Shown here: in pieces, positions 15,401-21,559 of the stretch
Layout of the letters: every line of letters starts with the position of its first letter
Position numbering within the stretch: position 1 is the stretch's first letter
Virus record (IMG/VR): IMGVR_UViG_3300009709_000020
Span: 38,787 to 102,786 of that record
Length of the DNA stretch: 64,000 nt
Reading direction: 5' to 3' (one strand)
Source of the DNA: a virus
Notes under the pieces: generated by a model
Database searches by the model: none
Seen by the model: only the letters and a program-made list of their open reading frames with translations
Told to the model about the DNA's origin: nothing
Translations under genes and position numbers: made by a program

Positions 15401-17770
15401 CCAGTACTGTCCGTAACAGATGATTCGGGATCAATGATTGCAATCATTCAAAATGGAAACGGTCTTGTATGGACAGATCCTTACGTATTGCACAATGGTA
15501 CTAAATTAGTAGTAGGCGTAACAGATAAAATCTCTGCTATCAATAACAATGCATTGCAGACAATTTCCACTGAAAATATGGCGGTAGGCAATGAGATAAC
15601 ATTTGACACGTCTGCATTCGGGGGATTAATTCCTTTCAAGAATTACTACATAATTTCAATTAATAGTGCAACTTCATTTTCAATTTCCGAAACATTGGGT
15701 GGACCTACTGTAGTTTTAACAAATTCTTCAGGTGGTTCAACTTTTATCACAAATGATTATGCATTTGATGTGCAAACAGACGGAACAACTGCGAAAATTA
15801 TTTTCGCAGAAACAGGTTTAACACAAGAAAATGATTATATATCATTTACTGTATTCGGTGAATCATTGCCCGATCAATATGGTTATTCTATTCCCGAAAT
15901 TCAGAATTTTAAAGGAAATGGTTCAACTACGTACCAATTGACAAATTTCGTTGAATATGAAAACCCTGATCATGCAATAGTAGAGGTAAATGGGTTGAGA
16001 GTTATGCCAAATACATTCACAATCAATGGAGAATTGAACAATATTGTGTTTAATTCTGCAAAAACAAATGCAGATGAAATAAATGTTATGTCATTTAATG
16101 ACACCAATAGGCAATATCTAACAACATCAGATGTACTAACAGGAAAGTCAGTGGTTAATATTGTCAATGTTAACACATCTGTTTCAGATTATACTGTGCG
16201 TGGATGGGTAACCTCATCAAATAGTTCAAACAATCAATTAACTGCGGTATCTCCTGGAGGTACTACAGGAATGATTTCAGGACAATCTATTTCTTTCTAC
16301 GGAACAAGCTTCGGTGGAGTTAATACAACGGATAAAGTTTATTACGTAGGAACAGTAGTATCTTCTAGTAACTTTACTATTGTCGATAACACCGGAACAG
16401 TGGTTACGTTGACCACTGCTACTGGTTACATGGATTTTACTGTCGGAGGAATGGAAACCACTAGAATTACAACAGGAGCTCCTCACAATTTTACCACTAA
16501 TGAGAAAGTAAGAATGTATGGTATTGAAGGATCTATAGAACTAAACAATAACATATATTATGCAAGATATATTACGCCTACAGTATTTGATATATATACA
16601 GCACCATTTACACAAACATTGAGTGGTTCAAATTCTCCCGTAACTTCTGCAAGTTCATACACGGGTTCGGGCTATGCATCATCATTGGGACAATACAGAA
16701 TTATTACAACTGAATCCACTTCAATCAATTCTAACTTAATTGTATGTACTTCTGTTGACCGAATGATTCAAGGCAATCCAGTATATTTCTCTGCGGCCGG
16801 TTATCAGGATGGTGACACAATAGTCTCTGGCATTGTGCAAGGACAAAAATATTATGTTGGTACAATTGATCCAAACGCCTTTGGGTTCAGCATCAGTACA
16901 ACGCAATTTGGTCCTGATATTGTATTAACTAATTCAGTTCAGAACATGAATGTTACTTTATGGAATCAGCTAAATCCTGATAGAGTTTGGGTATATTTAA
17001 ATGGTAAACGTGTTCCTTCATCAAAAATTACAATTTCTGATGTAAATGAAATTTCTATTAATAATGTTATTATTTCGTCAGACCAAATAATCATTACTAG
17101 CATGATTCCTACTGCTACTCCGCATGAACAAAAATTCATGAATATCATTGATTCGTCCGGTACGCAAACAATTTTTAACATGAATTCTCCATTCAGAACA
17201 TGGTTGACACATGATTTGTCAGCCACTGATACTGAATTATTTGTAAATGATGTAAGTAAGTTAACTGTAACAAAAATTCAAACAAATGTAGTAACTTTTG
17301 ACACAGATGGCTATTATGTGGGATTAAATGCTGATAAGAACAAGATTACATCAATTTCTGTTTTTAACGTGACCAGTCAGCAAACAATAGATACTGAACA
17401 TTATGTATCACTTATTTCAGGTATGTCGCCCGAAATAAGAATTGAACAAGGTGCGTGGATCAAACCCGGAGATACAGTAGAAATTACTATTTTGGAAGGA
17501 AATCTAATTTACGTTGCCGGAGAACAAATAATGTTTTCTGACATAAATGCTGAAACAAATTCAATTTCGGGCTTAGTAAGAGGTGTTAATGGAACCGGAA
17601 CCGTTCCGATGATTAATGTGAACGAAACGGTTTATTGTCTTTTGGACGTAAATCAAATGAATGAAAATTACAATAATGTTATTTGGAATTCATATGAGTA
17701 TAGTGCACTAGGTGATCCACTACAGATTAGTAATACGGTTCCTGCGCAATTTCTGAACACCGAATTCTGA
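500..17770 (+). CDS. Giant virion structural protein (baseplate/tail-associated), 5,756 aa
   Basis: Uninterrupted 17.3-kb ORF, T/S/N/G-rich beta-type composition, ~13 internal G..I.F....G......YYV repeats, structural-gene context, late promoter. Confidence 0.8.
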   Translation: MATIRTLSFLPEIYRTKKNAEILSGTLDNIVSEPTYSRIQGYIGSKFGNGIDASASYIPEVNKERTDYQLTPSVISLDDDTKNVSDFITYPGMVNELTNRGSITNNNASLFEGNTSSWDSFTDLDKLVNYHQYYWLPDGLPSVDITGNSATSVLNYQVTSDVSTYSIEEINATSTNFNPSITLVRGKTYTFAVNQNSQFWIQTEPGLLGKSTLNPAISTREIYGVTNNGSESGTITFTVPYENAQETFEFSTRYLVDITSDKLATSIIGNHLYDLVDPVTGNIIPGVNNIDGITDLDGKIIFFPDTELPSSAGSHTYTDGVVVYQMPYFSSTDFGYFYKIVYEEDPNNTGNPILTLQRLEAIPFNASIVAKYGLTNINVPYYQVSSLVFAKVPNLTARLTKLYYQDSEVSTKTGIFNIVDDTASVIIDINDILGKKTYTSPNNIVFTNGLKIKFDSYVHPSSYANIEYYVDGVGSSINLIPVLNLVCPESFSESEYNTFDNFPFDADTFDVSMYIPVEPDYITIARSAINENAWSRSNRWFHTDVISAAGTYNNSDYLTTYATSNAKAKRPIVEFYPNLKMFNSGTTSVPFVDFYDSTTTDAFSNVAGKLSYYADIDAYVPVSTIAGTVTSPVNSSSLVAGQAYQISSLGNTNWNLVVGTSNIIYYVGDTIVCKNAVSGTGTATFLATSTTATLNSNNATGTFSAGMFVATEDATLLPAGSYIFSATTDDSGITTLVIHWDDPQNILGGNAALIATNNSMDNYQLFSGARIIFSNDVDETVRNNIYTVNITQVEENEAPVIVLSLADQGEPILGTQTVILRGESFKGKSIYFDGISWNLAQQKITINQPPLFDVLDKNENSLSDASIYASSSFTGTKLFSYSIGTGAPDSVLGFPISYSSTNNIGDIAFTVDFNSDIFNYVNGANVVTENINTGYVYQYSTPSSFNRLLGWTASVAPVPQYQIFNFVYDSSTPVLKCDIEKSTNTIWPSIKVFYNNAYVNNDKYSVITDANSTEVTLITPPSDGTPVEVLLLSDQVSANGYYDIPTNLNNNPLNNSLEKVNLDEIRLQFNDIFINNGTITGSINGANSYRDSGNPIGYGTKLIQNQCPVVTPGLFLRDSSLNLQEALLFNSREYVKYKQLLTFTVQNSNYDVTYSPADILDDAIEQISLARTESNSFYWTDMLPSRVPYISKTYTFRNNTNNVALSLSKIYDFSVASYDSVLVYLIRVVNGKKNVIQLQKNVDYTVSSTATNVIITKQLLQNDIITVNEYNQTYASYVPHTPSKLGLYPLFVPEIILDNNLVTPTYFIKGHDGSYTKLYGSYDANTESLNDFRDIALFEFENRIYNNTKLSSTVPVIDLTEIKPGYFRDVPTFSDWLSVYTANFMNWAGQNRIDYTSHYFDKNNPFTFNYRNSSEKLTNTANNIGNWAGLYQYFYDTFTPHLTPWEMLGFSIKPSWWDARYGAAPYTSGNTILWNDLQLGFVWNDGDSYTKEKYARDRLAEIIPVDAAGNLLDPMTVLVGNYDANIFQADWIIGDTGPAELSYRRSSSYPFDIINAYSLLKPAKFYNLAIDLDVYQYNTEFGQWLTNGRNSLTLSDIKVYGSGIAKTSYLNWIVDYQKQHGIDASSYISNKLSNVDVRLTYRLAGFSDQTLLNFSLEKVSPNDNNTALKIPNENYNIILYNNQPHDQLTMSSVIIQKTGNNWAVYGNSQSSAYFVIDSPVINGKTIAVEYGSATVKVAQDYSQTKQYIPYGTIFYSTQEIAQFIKSYSSSLETKGVILDQTFNGSPINWDTMIQEFLYWSQTGWESGSAITLNPASTTLKITPPMGIVQPLTNSADNFILNQNLYPIKSKDLDVYRQDNSFTVSTLNPGDSMSYTQLDYASLEHGIVFDNTTMFNDVIYDLTTGLRQYRIMLSGRKTAEWNGTLTTNGFFLSQDNIVAWSTGTKYYAGNIVTYKNKYWAAQQTVEAASNFDTSVWKIVKTESIRYGMLPNSANRAYESTLFYDVDRSNLASDNDLLSMSLIGYRPRDYLALADLTTAAQLNVYKNFIKNKGTPNSLEVFNTVNLAQGELKYDIHENWAIKTSQFGDKNSGKYIEMQLDETQITGNASIISVTNGDVPAGTSQIVPINKLYNYNFNVLSPNILPLMESQDQQTAGYVSFDDVNVFSYNFSGLDNATDSTGNLLDINNLYTGDYIWVANFNGSWGVYSTVIQGTITSITYGSSYSTVTFSDPHELSVNDPIAVIQTTDDINGYYQVNTVVDSKTITIPYANALNSGKTIELLGFVLKLENKRYSTISSLPDIVNVFDKNDIYWIDEDSNGRWAVYQKTSNKYSLVDTISTLSGNNKAIVSEELGILITNGNNVDRYSMVGTDYLLTETINGGAGFGSSIATSDRTIFIANSITQQINVYYNNDTVLSSNSVLINTIDLACDKIWISEDGNYLYASDTSTNSINVIKKINYDISAEFMTAGRAYIIQTLGDSDWVSVGAIENSPNVVFVASGPITPSTGVAKEISYELGFTISGSETGFGTDFASSSTGHTIVVGSPDKIINSLQGVGGAYIYVQDAQTTKTSYQNNNNPEQIGIVFSNNAVIANAFTTVTGSNIYFSVPAGLKINDRVVFGGAYIENYGFNTSAVYYVQSVSPTYITVKSTISSNTPVLFDSITGISGQCYIQDNTVDVFVNGTVVTTDNYFIKNSTLTYIGNFSAGDIIAIVFSSYTLTQTLAGNNTTRIDSHYGSSVTIDRSGNEIFVSSPYEVSTSSEGSVYRYTNTAGISGTILGSNICNVTISGTVTINGYPIVIPIGNSVVASSVINNSKIPNIVASSVDGKVMISVINDSETIALQKIIINAPESLLTQLGILLRTNTQVIRSSDTYAKTGFGYSLAITDNELFVSSINSVCESQVTFDTVYKNDHTNTVFDNQTTLFYDVSPATGLVETFNLIEGPNYTRQYVYGQSLSVDDDDINFGNNLSIAGNNLVISSENATFNVNVFYGTEENWSVLRQESVTVDINSIDGINLYSKTNSVSLVNLDYIDPLNGKILGVARENIEFMSTVDPAKYNSVSSGITSVWGAEFVGMCWFDMSNTKWIDYNQTDITYNIKYFGKVFPGSDPAVYTWINSAYPPALYSGTGTVYDISKYCSKSTLDNSGNIITTYYFWVRNTNTITQNHTLADTVIENYIKNPAASGVAYCALLTPSSYALYNAVPYINGTDTIMHLGFSTGSDLEGNIHTEYSLIRENYEDDFLYGIPENTNTNLLPNHDLYPTSGEKTPYGLYLKLLDSFSGSNTFGNPVPDPFLPMPIQSGISIRPSQSMFMDRLSALENFVTYINNILASYPITETRTNITLLQTTGTYFNTNDYWSYENWWVEGFDNNTKPTRQVSVYADLNMLSVNAGTLVKVNDNGFGKFEIYQYTGDAWNRIGLESGTIQLSSNLYDYIDYNIGFDGSFFDTDSFDFCPSEETRYVIRGVFEQLLVDDLLSYRNPALIMLFEYIQSEEPAYGTNIDWLKKTSLVDISHDVRQLTQQNVYKSDNETFLEGFINEVKPYRVLIKDYLFTYSGIDEANIYATDFDLPASIMGSEFVTPMLTDTPNASNEFLPSDNIWNQNIYTDWFKYKGLSLAQENNYRIAYLSSYIDTSTREIEVDNSYVFPESGTITINGEILGYSGVNRALNLLTGIIRGVNNTTISTHFPGAEIFMDIPEIIMLNSGNNYASTPNVTAFIDTTIYPEPEIEMELEAIMSNGSVISINVLNPGQGYFTVPEIMIDPSYIIYFDDNSIDTALYTLNLYAPNLTTGDIIQFSGNNSSVPENIVNGAWYYVNVLETTPNTIIALYKTYRDSINDRARIKIGISGTTNTMALNAGARAVAVTTPNPVRDIKINLKFDRTTYRNRVLDWNEGVYYGSYFAGTLYDSSRISSSSYTLQNVYPNIDTILASNHGATFEIVNVENIEQTEWSTIVRTVTSVINNVITITPPSVLQNSFDSTVGFMVNSPIKFGSNISGLIENQTYYVNSVLNTYQFTVSDTVSGNVLSIPDQTVNSTAIPGIVADQGRITVNYKGIVTITGTEKTTNKLFTELSVAGTQGTTNFYKGAPIFFVENVFGNIVENQVYYVNTIVDNETFTVNKVDNFITTVVTATDGSNNTIIVGDSTDFIINDPIMIVGDLAGTNIVSGKLYYINEIVDINHVKISLLTNNEPVVLNTVADVLATMDNQKNTVPLTTTTGSMIANMSLPVSPGQIDGQLFSFYKTSGFKSGLTSSTYSNLLTGTISATNGSTNRIYVGSIDTTTYYENMPIEVFATANGLSVNTPYYITNIGKVSLTVTSTNGTILTCNSTTELYSGMKIIFSGNSLGTLILGQEYYVVDVLSPTTFTITNVKGSPAITLTASTGAMLGGGDNYFELSLSPGGSNVALTTGVTSIQYTQYITSYPTIDISYRLGGYTALIANSGSGFSINNTIVFSGSAVGGSSPQNDITLKVNTVDTLGQITSVIVTGTPPALSENFYLKVVSDTELDIFSDKELKSSVPASNLNYTGYTMTSVSRLTAPYSLTLGSTSGFYVGDSVYITGDNTGTFVAGKEYFVYSITSDTNMILSTLPGDNTTIVPVTDNNVTLTIAKPGDFIFLSEPFYFTQSIVKYNNRLYECVVSNHDTEFVLGKWNEINANDIRLNALDRTFVYYDPTVNMPGTDLTQLIDGLVYPNPVYMGNYFALDQQYDVDTHVVDNDPNASYTIQGNDFSYSYGPEELMPGKIQDNISVISSTLPGTNWDVVTYGHTGFDITNLEITPSGSTQTIFSFKNESQTVSGITVQEIDGTTGLATTMPISSYSIDWVNKEIILATPLPYYPIINRLQIELFETGNGYQLAKSDTDDAPIITNTNTGFNEINLACNYNEALISGNGVLKYDSTLITEAVTETVAATNRLICTDVSLFTIGKAITFEGGLFGGIVANQPYYVKTINPASNTITISDSFDSSTGTVGPVLSVTDDSGSMIAIIQNGNGLVWTDPYVLHNGTKLVVGVTDKISAINNNALQTISTENMAVGNEITFDTSAFGGLIPFKNYYIISINSATSFSISETLGGPTVVLTNSSGGSTFITNDYAFDVQTDGTTAKIIFAETGLTQENDYISFTVFGESLPDQYGYSIPEIQNFKGNGSTTYQLTNFVEYENPDHAIVEVNGLRVMPNTFTINGELNNIVFNSAKTNADEINVMSFNDTNRQYLTTSDVLTGKSVVNIVNVNTSVSDYTVRGWVTSSNSSNNQLTAVSPGGTTGMISGQSISFYGTSFGGVNTTDKVYYVGTVVSSSNFTIVDNTGTVVTLTTATGYMDFTVGGMETTRITTGAPHNFTTNEKVRMYGIEGSIELNNNIYYARYITPTVFDIYTAPFTQTLSGSNSPVTSASSYTGSGYASSLGQYRIITTESTSINSNLIVCTSVDRMIQGNPVYFSAAGYQDGDTIVSGIVQGQKYYVGTIDPNAFGFSISTTQFGPDIVLTNSVQNMNVTLWNQLNPDRVWVYLNGKRVPSSKITISDVNEISINNVIISSDQIIITSMIPTATPHEQKFMNIIDSSGTQTIFNMNSPFRTWLTHDLSATDTELFVNDVSKLTVTKIQTNVVTFDTDGYYVGLNADKNKITSISVFNVTSQQTIDTEHYVSLISGMSPEIRIEQGAWIKPGDTVEITILEGNLIYVAGEQIMFSDINAETNSISGLVRGVNGTGTVPMINVNETVYCLLDVNQMNENYNNVIWNSYEYSALGDPLQISNTVPAQFLNTEF

Positions 17771-17786
17771 TATGATAAATAATCAG

Positions 17787-17897
17787 ATGAATAATGATAA
17801 AAAACCTAATGAAAAGCTTGGTATCACGGTCGATAGTTCTTTAAAAATTATCGATCCTGATACCAAGCAGGTATTACTACACAAAAGGGCTGATTAA
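17787..17897 (+). CDS. Small 36-aa late protein (MNNDKKPNEKLGITVDSSLKIIDPDTKQVLLHKRAD), absent from the ORF track
   Basis: ATAAATA 17775-17781 + 5 nt + ATG; TAATG coupling to next gene; LKIIDPDT mirrors LKIFDPNT at the start of the next protein. Confidence 0.7.
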   Translation: MNNDKKPNEKLGITVDSSLKIIDPDTKQVLLHKRAD

Positions 17898-18508
17898 TGA
17901 TCCAAACAAAACATACGGTTGAAGGATTTCTTAAAATTTTCGATCCAAACACGGATGAAATTGTATTGGAAAAAAATAATGCCATTAACTATGAGGCATT
18001 GTCTGAAGCAATTGCATATTCGTTGAGTAATAGAGGATACGGAGAAATATACCAAATGGCATTTGGTAGTGGTGGATCCTCTATTGACCAAACTGGTGTA
18101 ATTACATATTTGCCACCTAACACAACCGGTCAAAATACTACACTATATAACCAAACCTATCAAAAAATTGTGGATGACACGAGTGTTTACAATCTAGATC
18201 CTACCCGTAATTATATGACGGTGTTACATACCACAGGGAATTTATACACGGACATTTTAATTCAATGTTTGCTTGATTACGGTGAACCTTCCGGACAGGC
18301 AGCATTTGACAATAGCACCACACTAGATTCATCATACACGTTCGATGAAATCGGTATATTAGCAAATTACGGAACTGATTCTTCTGGTACACAACTATCC
18401 AGGTTATTAACGCATGTTATTTTCAGTCCGATTCAAAAATCATTAAACAGGCAGCTACAAATCAATTATACGATTAGAATTCATAGCCTAAGTAGCACAG
18501 CATCATAA
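17897..18508 (+). CDS. Virion structural protein (baseplate/tail-fibre associated)
   Basis: 203-aa ORF in structural operon; MAFGSGG, FDEIGI, LLTHVIFSPIQKS motifs. Confidence 0.6.
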   Translation: MIQTKHTVEGFLKIFDPNTDEIVLEKNNAINYEALSEAIAYSLSNRGYGEIYQMAFGSGGSSIDQTGVITYLPPNTTGQNTTLYNQTYQKIVDDTSVYNLDPTRNYMTVLHTTGNLYTDILIQCLLDYGEPSGQAAFDNSTTLDSSYTFDEIGILANYGTDSSGTQLSRLLTHVIFSPIQKSLNRQLQINYTIRIHSLSSTAS

Positions 18509-18520
18509 TAGGAATTTTAA

Positions 18521-19744
18521 ATGGCATATTCAATCGTTAGAAGTGATGGTCGAGTTTTAACAACTATTTCAGACGGTACCATCAACACCACTAGCACCTC
18601 TCTAGGCTTACCAGGAAAAAATTATTCCTCCTGGGGAGCAATATATGACACAAATTTTGTCAAGATTACAGAAAATTTTGCATCAAATACTCCGCCTGCT
18701 AATCCATTGCGTGGACAACTTTGGTTTAACACTAATAATAATACATTGTGTGTTTGCCCATCTGATGGTCAAGCAAATGCAGCAGCATGGATTTCATTAA
18801 CTTCAACTTCAAATGTAGGAAGCACTACGTTTGGCAATGTAACAGCGATTGGTAATATCTCTGCTAATAATGTAAGTGCAAACAATTCAATGACAGCAAA
18901 TACTATTTCATCAGGATATCTATCTGTAACTGCAAATACATCTCTAGCAAATGCAAATATTTCTTCTGCTACAATTGCAAGCATTGTTACTCCTAATATT
19001 AGTGCAGGAGGAAATACTTCTGCTGGATCATTGACAGGTGTTTGGACTATTAATGGTTCAGTCGGCGGGGCAGGTGCATCATCATTGATACTAAACACTG
19101 GCGGCATTTCCATCAGTAATTCCTCTGGTGCAAATTTGTACGGAATTAAGTGTGACAACTATATGTATGCTAATGGTCAACCAGTACCATTAGGAATTAC
19201 TTACTCTAATTCAAATGTATCTGCATATTTGCCCACATATACCGGTAGAGTAGGTAATGTTACTGCAAATGCCTCCGCGCAATTTTTCGGTAATCTTCTT
19301 TCCACTGGTTCAAATGTAAACATCGGTACAATAACAGGTAACTGGCAATTATCTGCTGGATCAACATTGCAAACAATTCATGCTGACTTAGCAGAACGTT
19401 ATGAAGCAGATGATGAATATCCAGTAGGCACTGTAGTCAAAGTCGGCGGAAACAACGAAATTACTGCGGCAACTAACAATGACACGGACAGTGTTTTGGG
19501 TGTAGTTTCTACTGGTTATGCATATCTAATGAATGCCGGCGCCGGGGATGACAAAACTCATCCTGCAATTGCTTTGGTAGGTAGAGTTCCTATTAGATGC
19601 GTAGGTCCGATATCGAAGGGTGATCAATTGATTCCTGTCGGTACAGGCTGCGCAAAAACATCGGCCGATGGCACAGGATTTGGTTGGGCCCTAGAAGATA
19701 ATACGGATTCAGGTGAAAAATTAGTTATGTCAGTTATAAAATAA
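18521..19744 (+). CDS. Tail-fibre-like protein with C-terminal ADLAERY chaperone/auto-cleavage-type domain
   Basis: N-terminal ENFAS..PPANP..GQLWF; S/N/G-rich shaft; C-terminal HADLAERY...GVVS...IALVGRVP. Confidence 0.65.
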   Translation: MAYSIVRSDGRVLTTISDGTINTTSTSLGLPGKNYSSWGAIYDTNFVKITENFASNTPPANPLRGQLWFNTNNNTLCVCPSDGQANAAAWISLTSTSNVGSTTFGNVTAIGNISANNVSANNSMTANTISSGYLSVTANTSLANANISSATIASIVTPNISAGGNTSAGSLTGVWTINGSVGGAGASSLILNTGGISISNSSGANLYGIKCDNYMYANGQPVPLGITYSNSNVSAYLPTYTGRVGNVTANASAQFFGNLLSTGSNVNIGTITGNWQLSAGSTLQTIHADLAERYEADDEYPVGTVVKVGGNNEITAATNNDTDSVLGVVSTGYAYLMNAGAGDDKTHPAIALVGRVPIRCVGPISKGDQLIPVGTGCAKTSADGTGFGWALEDNTDSGEKLVMSVIK

Positions 19745-19828
19745 CTAAATATTTGCATAACATCTGAGTTAAAAATTTTCTACAGCCTTTGAAAATTACC
19801 TTGACTCGACATACCAGAGATGTTAATG

Positions 19829-19862
19829 ATCCTGCATTGCGTTTGTGATGCAGGATTTTTTA
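19829..19862 (+). terminator. Rho-independent terminator ending the structural operon
   Basis: ATCCTGCAT (19829-37)/ATGCAGGAT (19848-56) stem followed by a T run. Confidence 0.7.
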
Positions 19863-19875
19863 TTGGAGTAATTAA

Positions 19876-20181
19876 ATGGGTATGTTTAAAATGAGCACAG
19901 GTGATAGCTGGAAACAAAATCCAACAAACCCTAACCCGAAATCATTTATAATCTTGAAAATGTATTGTTTTTCTGATATGTGGGTAGCTGAAATTAAATA
20001 TCCGAATTGTACTAATTTCGAAGGTATCAAGATTCTTGTTCTACGAGAAGATCCGTCAGGGATGTCTGAAATCGATCCTCATTTTTATGAGCAAGGGCCT
20101 ATTGTAGCTCGATTTGAACCCAATGATAATGGTTGGAATCAAGCAATGTGGTTTGCCGAAACATTCTCCAAAAAGGATTGA
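19876..20181 (+). CDS. Hypothetical protein
   Basis: 101-aa ORF with GGAG SD; TTGACT-17-TAATGA promoter at 19801-19829. Confidence 0.7.
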   Translation: MGMFKMSTGDSWKQNPTNPNPKSFIILKMYCFSDMWVAEIKYPNCTNFEGIKILVLREDPSGMSEIDPHFYEQGPIVARFEPNDNGWNQAMWFAETFSKKD

Positions 20182-20399
20182 ATTGGCATTCAATGTGAAA
20201 TAATTTTTACAGGCATTCCGGATATTATATCCTCATGCGTATTATAGAAACTATTATTTCATTATAAACTATCTCTGCTTCATTTCATTTCGCAGAAGAT
20301 CAAACTTGAGTTATTTTTTACTCACTCTCGTTCGTAAAATAACACACAGTTTATATTTTTAATTAGTTTTTCTTTTTATATAGGACTTAATTATATATA

Positions 20400-21510
20400 G
20401 GCCAATAGATACTCTTGTAGAAGGAGAGCCATGGTAGTGCTTCTTTCAAAGCACTACCAATGGTTAGTTTGCTAAAAGTAAATTTGAAATGTACTTGTAG
20501 AAAGTGTCACTCTAGTCGCAAGTCCCCGATTCAACTATCCATTCCTGATGTTGAAACGATACCGGTCACGTTGTAAATTATTATGGGAAGTAGTGGGTGT
20601 TAACCATGACGCATGTTCAGATTCGTCTTGCTGCATTTATGAATCTGACTCATTCCGGGATTGCTATACCAGTAGCCAAGAGCCCGGTCGGTATAATACC
20701 AGTCTATCTGTCAAATTTTATATTGAATGTTCCATATGGCGTTCAAACTCTTTGGCATTACTCTAGCGGGACATATTTTTAAAAATAGTTTCCATAGCAT
20801 GAAATCTTAGGCGACCGTACGTCTTAAGCAGAGAGTCACCCGGGACAGATACCATGGACAATTAATGCCAAATACCCAAACCAAAAATAAATTTTAAAAA
20901 AATATTTTATTAATGGTTTCGGGTTTTGGCATCACGCCGCACCAAAGATAGTCTTTCATACTCCTACAAGTACTAATGACCTCAGGTTTCTTCATCGATA
21001 GCACGTATACCTAACATTCTAATATACTTCACTAACAGGCCTTTGTTTTGGTTTACTCAATAACTCATCATGTCATTGAACCTTCAACGTTCTTCTTCCC
21101 CCGGGCGTTATCATATCCTTTTAAGACTGAACACACAGATATGTTTACATTATTTTTTCGGGGCGTAATTCTCGTTGCTTGCATTTCTCGGGCTTCCTCC
21201 GAGTATTTTTGTTTGTAAATTGGTAAATATGGTCGTGTGAACATATTTGTGTTAATCCAATCCCAAGCTGTTCTGTTATGATTTTTTAAAGATGTCATCA
21301 TAAAGAACGAAACCGACAGACTACTTCACATGGTTGACAGTACAATGAATTAATTCATTGTGCTGGTCTTGTCCCTAGAATCTGATCGCATTCATCAGTG
21401 GTGCAATTTCAAAGGGGATCGAGGTACCTCGATCAAGCGACGATGGCATTTTACCGCAATATGTTCAATATGAACTAGGAATCTGGATAGATGTATTGCG
21501 TCAAAATGTA
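20400..21510 (+). ncRNA. Candidate large structured non-coding RNA (family unassigned; boundaries approximate)
   Basis: Longest gene-free stretch in the window; at least 9 stems including a long-range 20491-20500/20964-20973 pairing; G-U pairs fit only the + strand. Confidence 0.55.
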
Positions 21511-21559
21511 AATTAATTATACATAATTAAAATATAAAAATCAACCATTAAATAAATTC

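Noticed and set aside
1682-17226. Many short antisense or nested ORFs inside the giant gene (and in other long genes)
   Set aside because: Expected shadow ORFs from codon bias; no independent signals
20941-20955. AAAGATAGTC resembling a group I intron S element
   Set aside because: No matching upstream R element/P7 in the right order and no interrupted host gene
21187-21203. GAGGAAGCCC on the - strand resembling RNase P GAGGAAAGUCC
   Set aside because: Imperfect, sits in a local hairpin, no P4 partner found, and G-U pairs favour the + strand
20548-21301. ORFs 20548-20766, 20597-20782 and 21068-21301 in the intergenic region
   Set aside because: Short, mutually overlapping, without clear SD or motifs, and coincident with the RNA stems
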